From: a virus
IMG/VR virus record: IMGVR_UViG_3300022872_000001
Coordinates: 128,171 to 192,170 of that record
Reading direction: 5' to 3' (one strand)
Length of the DNA: 64,000 nt
Shown here: in pieces, positions 55,748-64,000 of the stretch
How the letters are laid out: every line of letters begins with the position of its first letter
Position numbering within the stretch: the first letter of the stretch is position 1
Notes under the pieces: generated by a model
The model's database searches: none
What the model was told of the DNA's origin: nothing
What the model saw: only the letters and a program-made list of their open reading frames with translations
Translations under genes and position numbers: made by a program

Positions 55748-56374
55748 TTATTTAGGCCAAATGAAAAGAAAGACATCACTCTTTGGGGCGGTCAATTCGA
55801 TCTTCTGCCGAGTATCAAAAATCTTCATACCATCGATCTTGATATCTTTCCGATCGCAGGTATGCCCTTTGTATTCGATATAGATTTCATGATTCTGCTT
55901 ATACAGGGATAACCACACAGCCAAACTCAAGGAACCTAGGTTGCTGCTACTTCCTAGAGATTTTTTCGCGTAGTGATGGGCAATGGCATACAAGGTTTTA
56001 CCGAATCCCCGATTGCGATATTCCTTATCCACCCAAACGGAATGTACGCTATCGAGATTACCTGAAAAATTACGTTGAAGGTCAATTGTGGCTACAGGTT
56101 TCTTCGTTATATCCGAAAGTTTTAATTCACCATCAGTAAGGCTTTTAAGCTTCCCTGGTAAAAGTTCGACCAGCATGAATGTATAGCTTTTAGCCTTAAT
56201 AGGCGTCATGAATAAGGCTAGATTATCCGATTTACTGGAGTTAATCAGCTTGAGATTACCAACCTTATATTTTTCAACGTATTTCTCCGCGTCTTCCTGA
56301 CCCAAGGTATAGTTATCCCCTTGGATAATTGGCATAGCCTGGATACGTTGGAAGGCTTCGATTCGAAATACCAT
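55748..56374 (-). CDS. GNAT-fold protein with RIEA..RI leader
   Basis: MVFRIEAFQRIQAM; VHSVWVDKEYRNRGFGKTLY; SSSNLGSLSLAVW matches SSPNMGSMAVRTW of 54507. Confidence 0.7.
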   Translation of the reverse strand: MVFRIEAFQRIQAMPIIQGDNYTLGQEDAEKYVEKYKVGNLKLINSSKSDNLALFMTPIKAKSYTFMLVELLPGKLKSLTDGELKLSDITKKPVATIDLQRNFSGNLDSVHSVWVDKEYRNRGFGKTLYAIAHHYAKKSLGSSSNLGSLSLAVWLSLYKQNHEIYIEYKGHTCDRKDIKIDGMKIFDTRQKIELTAPKSDVFLFIWPK

Positions 56375-56452
56375 TTTAATTTCCTTTATTTTGAATCCTC
56401 AGCGTCTACCGCAGCTTGCCATTCCTCTTTAGTTTCGGATACCCATGTATGC

Positions 56453-56860
56453 TTATCCTTGTAATAACCGTATACTAAGTTTAGTATCGGCTTTATCTCC
56501 ATATTTCTTTTTCCAACCAGGACTAGAAGCATTCTTCAATTTCTTCTCTTTGAAAAGGTCAGAGAGTTTTTCAAAGAATTTGGTTGTTAATGGGTAGCGC
56601 TTCTTTAATTTCTTGACAATCTTATCCTTATGTTTTTGCATTAAACCTGACTTAGGTTTAGGTTTACCTGAAGGTAGAGCGGTTGGTGGAGGGGCCGGCG
56701 TACCGCTCTCACTTTCAGGATGTTGACTTCCTGCATCTTTGGCATACTTAGAATTAGGATGTAAATCTATGTATTCTTTCTGCTGATCTTTAGTAAGAGA
56801 CTTAAACCAAGTATCTGCATCTGCTTGAATTCTTTTTGCTGCTTCGATTTTGAATTTCAT
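56453..56860 (-). CDS. Leader protein with apparent frameshift (extends to 56386 in the +1 frame)
   Basis: MKFKIEAAKRIQADADTWFKSLTKDQQKEYIDLHPNS; the +1 frame continues VYGYYKDKHTWVSETKEEW, matching the paralog. Confidence 0.65.
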   Translation of the reverse strand: MKFKIEAAKRIQADADTWFKSLTKDQQKEYIDLHPNSKYAKDAGSQHPESESGTPAPPPTALPSGKPKPKSGLMQKHKDKIVKKLKKRYPLTTKFFEKLSDLFKEKKLKNASSPGWKKKYGDKADTKLSIRLLQG

Positions 56861-56870
56861 TTGGTTTCCT

Positions 56871-58388
56871 TTAGTTATATCGAGTCCAAATACCTGGGCC
56901 TGAGCCTCCCCAGATTGATGCGGCAGTCACGGTTATACCTACTGAACCGATAGCTCCGTGCCTTAAACGAGAAATATCTGCACTTCCATCCCCTGACGTA
57001 TTTCCCTTAATGATCAAGTTTTGTTTGAATGGCTTGATCTCATTATCAAGACGGGATTGAATCTTGGAAGCAGCGGCATCTAACATACCTGTACGATCTA
57101 CATCCAAGGAAATGGCAGCACCTGAGAAGTTAAATGCCTTCTCACCTTCTGCGATGTACTGCGCTTCCAAAGCCGCAACCTCTGCGTAGAGTAGCCAATA
57201 TTCACGAATAGCTCCCTTAGCATTGGTCATCGTGAAGCTGGTGAAGTTACCTGATGCACCATTGAAAGCATCCCGACCACGCCGCAACCAAGCAATCACC
57301 TCCTCAGTGGTGTAGATAAGATCGGCATGACCGTACAGAGTGGTCATAGCTTTGGTGATCTTACGTTTTACGTCGGCAACTGCGGATAGGATAGATGAGT
57401 TTACCACCCACAACTCGGTGCTTTCTGTGAATACCTGCGCTGCATTGGAATTGTTGCCATAACTCCATAAAACTGCATAAGGTTCCAGAGATACTGGTAA
57501 GGCATTAGTTGCAGCTGAGGCTGTATAGAAGTAACCAGAAGCCACTCGTTGAAAATTACTAACGCGTTGGCCAGTGATAGTTTTGTTATCACATTGGATC
57601 TCTACAACCATGTTATCGTATAGTTTATCAACAACGATTTCCAAGGTAGCAGGATTGCCTTGCAACTCTACAGCTGGCATTACACCTAAAGGAACGGTGG
57701 TCAACCCAATTACCGTTACATCCTCAAACGAATAATAGATGTACTGTTGATTATCTAAACTAGGAGTTCCTTTGTTGCTCAAATCCAGGGTATATCGAAT
57801 CTTGTACTTCTGATCGAACTGTGAAGGGGGGACCGAGGATGGAACGTTGATAACGGAACGCGCAATTACGTTGTTGCTAATACCTGACGATTGAATCTGA
57901 TAATCAAATGCGTTACCTGAGGCATATACGGTACCGTCACCTGTAAGCAATTCCCAATTAACGAAACCTCCACGCGGATCAAAGGAAGCAGGGAATTGGA
58001 ATATGGCAGTACCAATTGCAGCATTCCCTGCTTCCACTGTATCAACCATATCCTCGTACGCCATTGGATTAGACGTAGTGTAGGGAACCTGGACATCGGT
58101 CATTACAGACACAGCGATTAGACATGTGAAGACACGCGCGTTGGTAGTTACTACTAATTGCACGCCGTAGGAAACGTTGTTGTCACCTCCAGATAAGGTA
58201 GCTGCCACCTGAGGCAGACTACCAGAAGTTAGGGAGATGAATAGTTCGGTAGGACTAATAGGGGATACAGGTCCCAGAGTGATGTCGGTGATTGTTTCAG
58301 ATAACAGGAGCTTATCGCTTATATCGAACTGAATAGCAGAATCACCAATGGCATCCTTTTGGAACACGAACATATCTTTGGTGCTCAC
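56871..58388 (-). CDS. Virion protein with C-terminal head-tail adaptor-like domain
   Basis: Beta-sandwich N-terminus; helical C-terminus ...EGEKAFNFSGAAISLDVDRT... Confidence 0.55.
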   Translation of the reverse strand: MSTKDMFVFQKDAIGDSAIQFDISDKLLLSETITDITLGPVSPISPTELFISLTSGSLPQVAATLSGGDNNVSYGVQLVVTTNARVFTCLIAVSVMTDVQVPYTTSNPMAYEDMVDTVEAGNAAIGTAIFQFPASFDPRGGFVNWELLTGDGTVYASGNAFDYQIQSSGISNNVIARSVINVPSSVPPSQFDQKYKIRYTLDLSNKGTPSLDNQQYIYYSFEDVTVIGLTTVPLGVMPAVELQGNPATLEIVVDKLYDNMVVEIQCDNKTITGQRVSNFQRVASGYFYTASAATNALPVSLEPYAVLWSYGNNSNAAQVFTESTELWVVNSSILSAVADVKRKITKAMTTLYGHADLIYTTEEVIAWLRRGRDAFNGASGNFTSFTMTNAKGAIREYWLLYAEVAALEAQYIAEGEKAFNFSGAAISLDVDRTGMLDAAASKIQSRLDNEIKPFKQNLIIKGNTSGDGSADISRLRHGAIGSVGITVTAASIWGGSGPGIWTRYN

Positions 58389-58582
58389 TTGTTACTCCTT
58401 GGTTGGATGATTGCGTCCTTGATATCTCTAAGTTTGGCAAGCTGTTGATACAAAGCCGCGCTTTCTTCCTGAAGCCGTAATACTTGCTTATCCTTAGAAG
58501 GTTGCAGATTCTTATCCCATCCTTTAAATGCTTCAGCAAATGTTGAACTAGCCTTAATCCTAGTAGCGGCTTCGATAATCAT
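58385..58582 (-). CDS. Small protein with IIEA..RI leader
   Basis: MIIEAATRIKASST. Confidence 0.6.
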   Translation of the reverse strand: MIIEAATRIKASSTFAEAFKGWDKNLQPSKDKQVLRLQEESAALYQQLAKLRDIKDAIIQPRSNK

Positions 58583-58594
58583 AAATCACCTGTT

Positions 58595-59851
58595 CTAACC
58601 ATTAATTATTTGCGCGATCTTCCGCATCTGCGTATCTTTTAAACCAAACTTATCGCGCATGAATTCGAGATCATAATAGCTAATCTCACCCTTCTCGGCT
58701 ACTTTGGAAAGATTGAACACGATATTCGTGGTATCGCCTTTCTTCTCTTCCTTCATCAAAAGTTTAACACCTTTTGATTTAACCAGAGTGCGTAATTCAA
58801 TGTAGAGTTGGTAGGCAACCTGCTTTACGATCTCAGGCGAATTCGCCTCAGGACGCAGAGTAAAGATCATGTAGTTTTCATCCACAGATACAGATTCGAT
58901 AAAGTCACGGAAGCTAAAGAATTCCTTGGTGAGCTTACCTGGGTCAGCCTTCATCAGCATTGCCATAGGTACAACGCCCAAGGCTGTGGAGAAATTCTCT
59001 ACCTGTAACATTGTGGATATGGATTTCAAGGCATCCTGGACGTTACCTACCGAAGTACCATGACCAATTAACTTGTTAGGTACTTCATACTCGTGGTTCA
59101 GCTGGACTTCAACCGAGGATTTGGGACCAATCAGCCATTGGATTGAGATATACAAATGAGGAGTAACGAAACCATCGTCATTAACTACATCCCGTAGCAT
59201 CAGGTAATAGGTGAATACCAATTCACCCTCCTTAGTTACCGATACGTATAGGAACAGATCGGAATCCTTAAATACCACATGCTTGTTGATCAATTGGGAT
59301 ATGGCATCCATATAGGCTTGGAATGCCTCTGGTACGTGGTTGCTGGCCACTTCATGCAAGAAACCAAGAACAGATTTCAATTGATCCGCTACCTTGGCTT
59401 TTAGCGCACGCATGGCTCCGACGGCATCGTTATAAGCCTGACCACGCCGATCCGGGAACTGCAAACTTAATTGCGATTCCATAGTATCAAGTAGTTTATG
59501 TTTTTCGTGTAAGTCCTCTGCCAATGCATATTGGCTTTCCAATTTAGCCAGATTAGGAACAATTACCTTCTTCAATGAAGGATCAATATTGGTCTTTAGG
59601 CGTTTGACATCTTGGAGTTGCTCCTTCCGATCTCTAGGAGTAACATCGAAGGTCATGGAGGCCTTGATATTACCACCCTTTGGTTTCAACAAGGATGCAA
59701 ACATTTTTTGATACTGATCAACCAGCTGTCCAGATTCATCTATCTGCTTTTTCAGAACATCGGTAAAACGAACATAGTCCTCAAGGTAACGAAAGCGCGG
59801 GAGTTCAACCTTCGCGGCTTTGGTACTTTGCTTGAGTTCGGGTTTGGCCAT
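58595..59851 (-). CDS. Hypothetical protein, probably virion
   Basis: Start moved to ATG 59851 (SD AAGGA). Confidence 0.6.
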   Translation of the reverse strand: MAKPELKQSTKAAKVELPRFRYLEDYVRFTDVLKKQIDESGQLVDQYQKMFASLLKPKGGNIKASMTFDVTPRDRKEQLQDVKRLKTNIDPSLKKVIVPNLAKLESQYALAEDLHEKHKLLDTMESQLSLQFPDRRGQAYNDAVGAMRALKAKVADQLKSVLGFLHEVASNHVPEAFQAYMDAISQLINKHVVFKDSDLFLYVSVTKEGELVFTYYLMLRDVVNDDGFVTPHLYISIQWLIGPKSSVEVQLNHEYEVPNKLIGHGTSVGNVQDALKSISTMLQVENFSTALGVVPMAMLMKADPGKLTKEFFSFRDFIESVSVDENYMIFTLRPEANSPEIVKQVAYQLYIELRTLVKSKGVKLLMKEEKKGDTTNIVFNLSKVAEKGEISYYDLEFMRDKFGLKDTQMRKIAQIING

Positions 59852-59861
59852 TATTTTTCCT

Positions 59862-61106
59862 TTAAGTTCTATGAGGACCACGCATATTGTCATGCTGGGT
59901 ATTCGTTGTTTCATTCTTAGTTTTGATACGACCGCGGGGAGGCAGTAAACGAAAACGTTCCATTGGTTCAATAACGCGAACCATACATTCCCATCCTAGT
60001 ACGTTTCGGTTCCTTGTGTTCCACCAGGGAACATTCTGAACAACCAGCACTTTACCGAATGTAGATTCCACAATGATATCCATTGGACGCACGGATGGAA
60101 TATTCGGGGAGAGAATAATTTGAAAAGGCTCCAATGTTTCTAATCTTGTGATATCGGCTGATTTGGTTAATTTGGGAAATTCGAAGAATGCCGATTCATG
60201 TGTTAAATTGAATTGTAGCTCAAAGTGTGTGAACCTTAAATCCTCAGGAAAGTTGATCTCTATAAGATGCGGTAATCCGTCGCAGAACTTTAACACCTGT
60301 AGTTCATTGGTAATAAGAGTCGAGTCAATCGTGAATTGCGCATTTACTGGGGTGCTATCATCCATAACCCGAATGATATCCATACCAGTAGCACCTAGAG
60401 GAAAGGTGCAGGTAACGAAGAATTTAGAACCTTTAGCTGTCCATGGTTTGGCTAGAGCATCAATATCACACTCACCTAAAGTAACGAAAGGATCCGCTAC
60501 AGAGAATACTTGGCGACTAGCGTGGAATGGCATGTAACCACCAACGAAACCTGTACCGAAGCAAACAGAGCAGGCTATATCGGAACCACCAAGCAATGAT
60601 CCGTCCCAATCACCGAACATCTTTTCGATATCCAGATCAGGATCAACGGGACCGTTATCTCCATAACCTGCACCTTCGATTACTTCACCGATAGGATAGT
60701 CGGTTGGATCGTTCATTACCAAACCAAAGGTACCTTGGTGTTTGTTACCGGGTGCTAAAGGACTGGTTTCATTGGTAAAAGGATTTTGTGGATTCCAATT
60801 TTGGTGACCGTAAGGAGTGACATCGAAGGTATCACTACCTGTAATCAATTGGTTAATTAATCCCTTGGATGCTTTACCTTCTTTATCTAAACGAGTATTC
60901 AAATGCTTTTGGGAGGATTGGCAGGTGCATCGCTTACCTTGTTCCAACCGATTGTATAAAATGCCAGCATAACCTTGAACACGTAAGGCTGACATATATC
61001 TGGTTTGTTGGGCAGGCAGGATTTCTTGAATGGCCTTTTTCGCAACATCGGATGCCCGGGCATTAGCCGGGAGTATGCGATTATTCGATCTGGAAACCAC
61101 TGGCAT
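59862..61106 (-). CDS. Probable neck/head-closure protein
   Basis: RCTC and CSVCFGTGFVGGY motifs; located among virion genes. Confidence 0.5.
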   Translation of the reverse strand: MPVVSRSNNRILPANARASDVAKKAIQEILPAQQTRYMSALRVQGYAGILYNRLEQGKRCTCQSSQKHLNTRLDKEGKASKGLINQLITGSDTFDVTPYGHQNWNPQNPFTNETSPLAPGNKHQGTFGLVMNDPTDYPIGEVIEGAGYGDNGPVDPDLDIEKMFGDWDGSLLGGSDIACSVCFGTGFVGGYMPFHASRQVFSVADPFVTLGECDIDALAKPWTAKGSKFFVTCTFPLGATGMDIIRVMDDSTPVNAQFTIDSTLITNELQVLKFCDGLPHLIEINFPEDLRFTHFELQFNLTHESAFFEFPKLTKSADITRLETLEPFQIILSPNIPSVRPMDIIVESTFGKVLVVQNVPWWNTRNRNVLGWECMVRVIEPMERFRLLPPRGRIKTKNETTNTQHDNMRGPHRT

Positions 61107-61142
61107 GGTCGTTCTCCTTCATTACTTATATATGTAATGAAA

Positions 61143-61448
61143 TTAGGAGAACGCTTTCATGGAGACGGAGGATATTCCTAAGGGTGCTTGTATCTTTTCA
61201 ATTAAAGCAGGACTACGGATCGACAAATTAACAATTAACGTATTAGGATCGGATGGATCAATTTCCAAACTTTCAATTTTGACATTGTGTTCGGCATCCA
61301 GATAAGTAATGTTCCTATAACTATCTATCAAACTATCCATAGAATTAGGTAGAGGTCCCACAAACGTAAATTCGTGCTCTATCCTATCTTTAATTCTATC
61401 CTTAAGATTATTTATGTGATATTCAACACCCGGATTAAGGAGTGGCAT
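61143..61448 (-). CDS. Hypothetical protein
   Basis: 101 aa; SD GAGGT. Confidence 0.5.
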   Translation of the reverse strand: MPLLNPGVEYHINNLKDRIKDRIEHEFTFVGPLPNSMDSLIDSYRNITYLDAEHNVKIESLEIDPSDPNTLIVNLSIRSPALIEKIQAPLGISSVSMKAFS

Positions 61449-61911
61449 TATTTACCTCGATCAGGATATCTGCGATTCTACGATAGGCATAAAGAGATTC
61501 TCCAATGTCTCCAACCTTATCCATTGCATCTGCAAGTTCGGTAGCTGTAGCATTCATCCAGGCACGGAAACGGACACCATCTGTAATATCCAAGGCGTGA
61601 CGTTGGCGAGCATAATCCATGTAGTGCTCGACTTTCTTGAACTTCGCAGTTAGGTCAGCTTCGTTGATGTCGAGCATACCACGAGCACCTAGCATTAGAA
61701 ACGAGGCAATTACATCGTTGGCTTCCTTGCTGATTTTGATTCGATTACGCTCGAAGTTATCTGGCCCTTTATCCTCAATACCGAAACGCAAAGCCTTCAT
61801 CATGGAATGAACCAGAGATTGAATCTCCAGGGAGAGTTCGTTTAATTCTTCCATTGAAATAAGGAAGCGGTGCTGTTCATCATTTAATGGTGCAAGTACT
61901 GGCTTTTCCAT
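61435..61911 (-). CDS. MazG-like nucleotide pyrophosphohydrolase
   Basis: MEELNEL...KALRFG...N...ISKEANDVI all-alpha NTP-PPase pattern. Confidence 0.55.
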   Translation of the reverse strand: MEKPVLAPLNDEQHRFLISMEELNELSLEIQSLVHSMMKALRFGIEDKGPDNFERNRIKISKEANDVIASFLMLGARGMLDINEADLTAKFKKVEHYMDYARQRHALDITDGVRFRAWMNATATELADAMDKVGDIGESLYAYRRIADILIEVNNATP

Positions 61912-61931
61912 TTCAGTCCTTATAGGTGTAA

Positions 61932-62228
61932 TTATAAATAAAGTCCTGAGATGACAACCTCCCCAATCAACTTATGAATAGGAGGTACAACCTGTGTAGC
62001 TTTTCCAGCATCGGTACCTAACCAGGTATTTAATTTGTAAATCGGATGCTCCTCGGAAAGATCATCGGAATTGATCATCAGATTATTAGATGCTCGGGCC
62101 CATTCTGCCTGAATCAAAATAGGGTTTATAAGGAAGAACTTTACGCTTTCAGGATTTTCATTCCATACCAAGAGCAATTGAGGTACAGGATTAGATTTGG
62201 TTGCTTGAAACTTTGGCTTGGGGAACAT
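61932..62228 (-). CDS. Hypothetical protein
   Basis: 98 aa. Confidence 0.55.
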   Translation of the reverse strand: MFPKPKFQATKSNPVPQLLLVWNENPESVKFFLINPILIQAEWARASNNLMINSDDLSEEHPIYKLNTWLGTDAGKATQVVPPIHKLIGEVVISGLYL

Positions 62229-62252
62229 AATTTACCTTTAGTTGTGTACTCC

Positions 62253-62261
62253 TTATTTACT
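62253..62261 (-). promoter_or_regulatory. AGTAAATAA-GGAGTACAC putative promoter
   Basis: About 25 nt before ATG 62228. Confidence 0.45.
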
Positions 62262-62289
62262 GCCTTCGAATTTAGATTTTAATGGCAGG

Positions 62290-62321
62290 AAAGGAGATTA
62301 TCGGTTAGGATAATCTCCTTT
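62290..62321. terminator. Intrinsic terminator hairpin
   Basis: 13-bp stem AAAGGAGATTATC/GATAATCTCCTTT with 6-nt loop. Confidence 0.7.
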
Positions 62322-62335
62322 TGAACACTTATGAA

Positions 62336-63055
62336 TTAATGGCTTGGACCGGCAGGATTTACTGGAACAGAGGGAGCAGCGGAGGGAGGGGCTACCGGTG
62401 TGCTCGGAGGATTACCACCTGAAACAAAATACTGATAAGCTTCAAGGGTTTTAATTAGGACATGTCTACCTTCGGCTGTCATTAAAAAGCCAGGTAAAGC
62501 CAATAAATTATTCGGATGTGACAACCATAGTTGCTGTTCTTTGGTGAACGCGGCACCTACGATAGGTTTCAATATTTCCCACATATTACCTCCTGAAGGG
62601 TTAGATGGATTGGTAGAAGCTTGAATAGGGGCAGCTTCTTGAACCTGTTGAGTCTGTAAAGGTACGGGAACTTGTACCTGTGTTTCTACTACTGGGGTTG
62701 CGGCTAACGCCAGAGGTACCACAGGGGTTGCTTGTGCTTGTGGCACAGGAGCAGGTAAGGTAAGGCTTTCATTTTCCAACGTGCGCATTTGCAGATTGGC
62801 AGAATATTGAGAGGCTACCTCGGCAGCAACAATAGATCTAACCAAACTTGTTATATCCGACATAGCAGGGTTAGGTTGGATACTAGGTGCAGGTTGCTGG
62901 GCTAGGTACGCCAGAGGATTCGGATAATTAGGAACTGATTGATATGCAGGTTGTTGCAGTACAGGCACTGTCATCTGCCCGGCCAAGGATTGCACCGTTG
63001 CTAACTGACTCTGTAGGTTAGATAATAGTTGCTGGATTTGGGCAGCATCAGCCAT
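62336..63055 (-). CDS. Gln/Pro-rich hypothetical protein
   Basis: 239 aa; SD AGGAG. Confidence 0.65.
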   Translation of the reverse strand: MADAAQIQQLLSNLQSQLATVQSLAGQMTVPVLQQPAYQSVPNYPNPLAYLAQQPAPSIQPNPAMSDITSLVRSIVAAEVASQYSANLQMRTLENESLTLPAPVPQAQATPVVPLALAATPVVETQVQVPVPLQTQQVQEAAPIQASTNPSNPSGGNMWEILKPIVGAAFTKEQQLWLSHPNNLLALPGFLMTAEGRHVLIKTLEAYQYFVSGGNPPSTPVAPPSAAPSVPVNPAGPSH

Positions 63056-63073
63056 GGAATACTCCTTTAGGAA

Positions 63074-63108
63074 TAAGGCATTAGGAAGATGTTATCCCTA
63101 ATGCCTTA
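63074..63108. terminator. Intergenic hairpin
   Basis: 12-bp stem TAAGGCATTAGG/CCTAATGCCTTA. Confidence 0.55.
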
Positions 63109-63150
63109 CACTACGAACTACCAACTACACGATACGAGGTACCAACCTGA

Positions 63151-64000
63151 TTACGCAGTGTTGACGTTGGTAGGGCTTGCGGTTTGTGCACCAGTGGTAG
63201 TGGCACCTGTGTTACCGGCAATAATGTTGCTGTTTGTTGCATGAGCTATCTGGGTAAGATTGCCCAAGCCACTAGCAATTTGCGCCAACAGCATGAGTTG
63301 CTGTTGTTGCTGTTGCTGAGCTTGTGCCTGTGCCTGCACTTGGTTGACGGTTTGGGTTACATCAACCGTAGTGTTGCCGATACGTGCATTCACACGATCC
63401 TCCAAACCACGCGATTCAGCAACAGTCAGTTGACGTTGCAGATTACTTTCGAACTGCGAAGTAATCAGAGCACGCGTCTTCTCACCATCATTGGTAATAA
63501 CCTGACTCAGGGCAAACGTGTTTTGAATACCTTGAGTATTAACGCCGGCGACAGCCAAAGCGTTAGCTGCATTACCAGCTTGCACAGTGTCCTTAACCGA
63601 GTTTTCAGTTGCAATGATGGTAGCAGTTGCATTGGCAATACCAAGGTTAACATCTGCAAAACCTTGAGTCGCTGTAACCAGATTGGTATTGATTTGGTTA
63701 CTCAATGCAGCTTGGGTTCCGGCCAACGCCAACTGAACTTGGGCTTCATTGTACGGAATCGACGCTTTGATATCACCAAGCGTTTGCTGGACGGAGGTGT
63801 TTTGCAGATTACTTGTAACACCATCCAAGGCTGACGTAAGCATAGCAGGAGTTACCCATTCACGACCGCCCTCGCCTTCACGACCCCGGCCACCAAACAA
63901 ACCGCCGCCGCCGAGTAGGGCGCCACCCAGTACACCACCCAACAGACCTGCGCCTAGACCGGCTCCTGCTCCCGCTCCCGCCCCACCCCAACCACCGTGC
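63151..64000 (-). CDS. Gly-rich, coiled-coil, poly-Gln protein; 5'-truncated
   Basis: Frame stays open past 63942 to the window end (HGGWGGAGAGAGAGLGAGLLGG...); NDGEKTRALI; QAQAQAQQQQQQQ. Confidence 0.7.
   Translation of the reverse strand, partial: HGGWGGAGAGAGAGLGAGLLGGVLGGALLGGGGLFGGRGREGEGGREWVTPAMLTSALDGVTSNLQNTSVQQTLGDIKASIPYNEAQVQLALAGTQAALSNQINTNLVTATQGFADVNLGIANATATIIATENSVKDTVQAGNAANALAVAGVNTQGIQNTFALSQVITNDGEKTRALITSQFESNLQRQLTVAESRGLEDRVNARIGNTTVDVTQTVNQVQAQAQAQQQQQQQLMLLAQIASGLGNLTQIAHATNSNIIAGNTGATTTGAQTASPTNVNTA

Noticed and set aside
63184-63834. Plus-strand 216-aa ORF
   Set aside because: Antisense shadow of the low-complexity minus-strand gene.
1-64000. CRISPR array, tRNA or rRNA genes
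   Set aside because: No regularly spaced repeats or cloverleaf-like sequences noticed by eye; tRNAscan-SE/Aragorn and a CRISPR finder would be needed to exclude them fully.

Overview
64 kb of a large (jumbo-type) tailed myophage genome, probably infecting a Gram-negative host (inference from the GH19 endolysin and LydA-like holin). From left to right: tail-fibre and lysis module (minus strand); a mostly plus-strand replication/recombination block (5'-3' exonuclease, Cas4-like nuclease, gamma/tau-type clamp loader, SbcC/Rad50, beta clamp, UvsW-like helicase, DEDD exonuclease, NMP kinase, DnaB); then a long minus-strand morphogenesis block (tail tube, sheath, major capsid, scaffold, prohead protease, SNF2 helicase, neck proteins, many small proteins). 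The bacterial-type replisome recalls PaBG/Lu11/RSL1/Y3-like phages (low-confidence inference). Main observations: (1) a SNF2-helicase intein carries a complete DUF559/Vsr-like endonuclease gene in a different reading frame, with its own SD, while the intein frame stays open; (2) the clamp loader is fractured by a naturally split intein with an antisense Vsr-like endonuclease between the halves; (3) an ORF-less group I intron interrupts the tail tube gene, next to a free-standing endonuclease flanked by a recoded duplicate of the tube 5' end; (4) a covarying three-way-junction element precedes two endonuclease genes; (5) ten unrelated small proteins share an N-terminal (K/R/I)IEAxxRIx(A/S) leader that may be a capsid-targeting, protease-cleaved signal. 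No tRNA, rRNA or CRISPR array was seen. All family calls come from motif recognition by eye, not from database searches.
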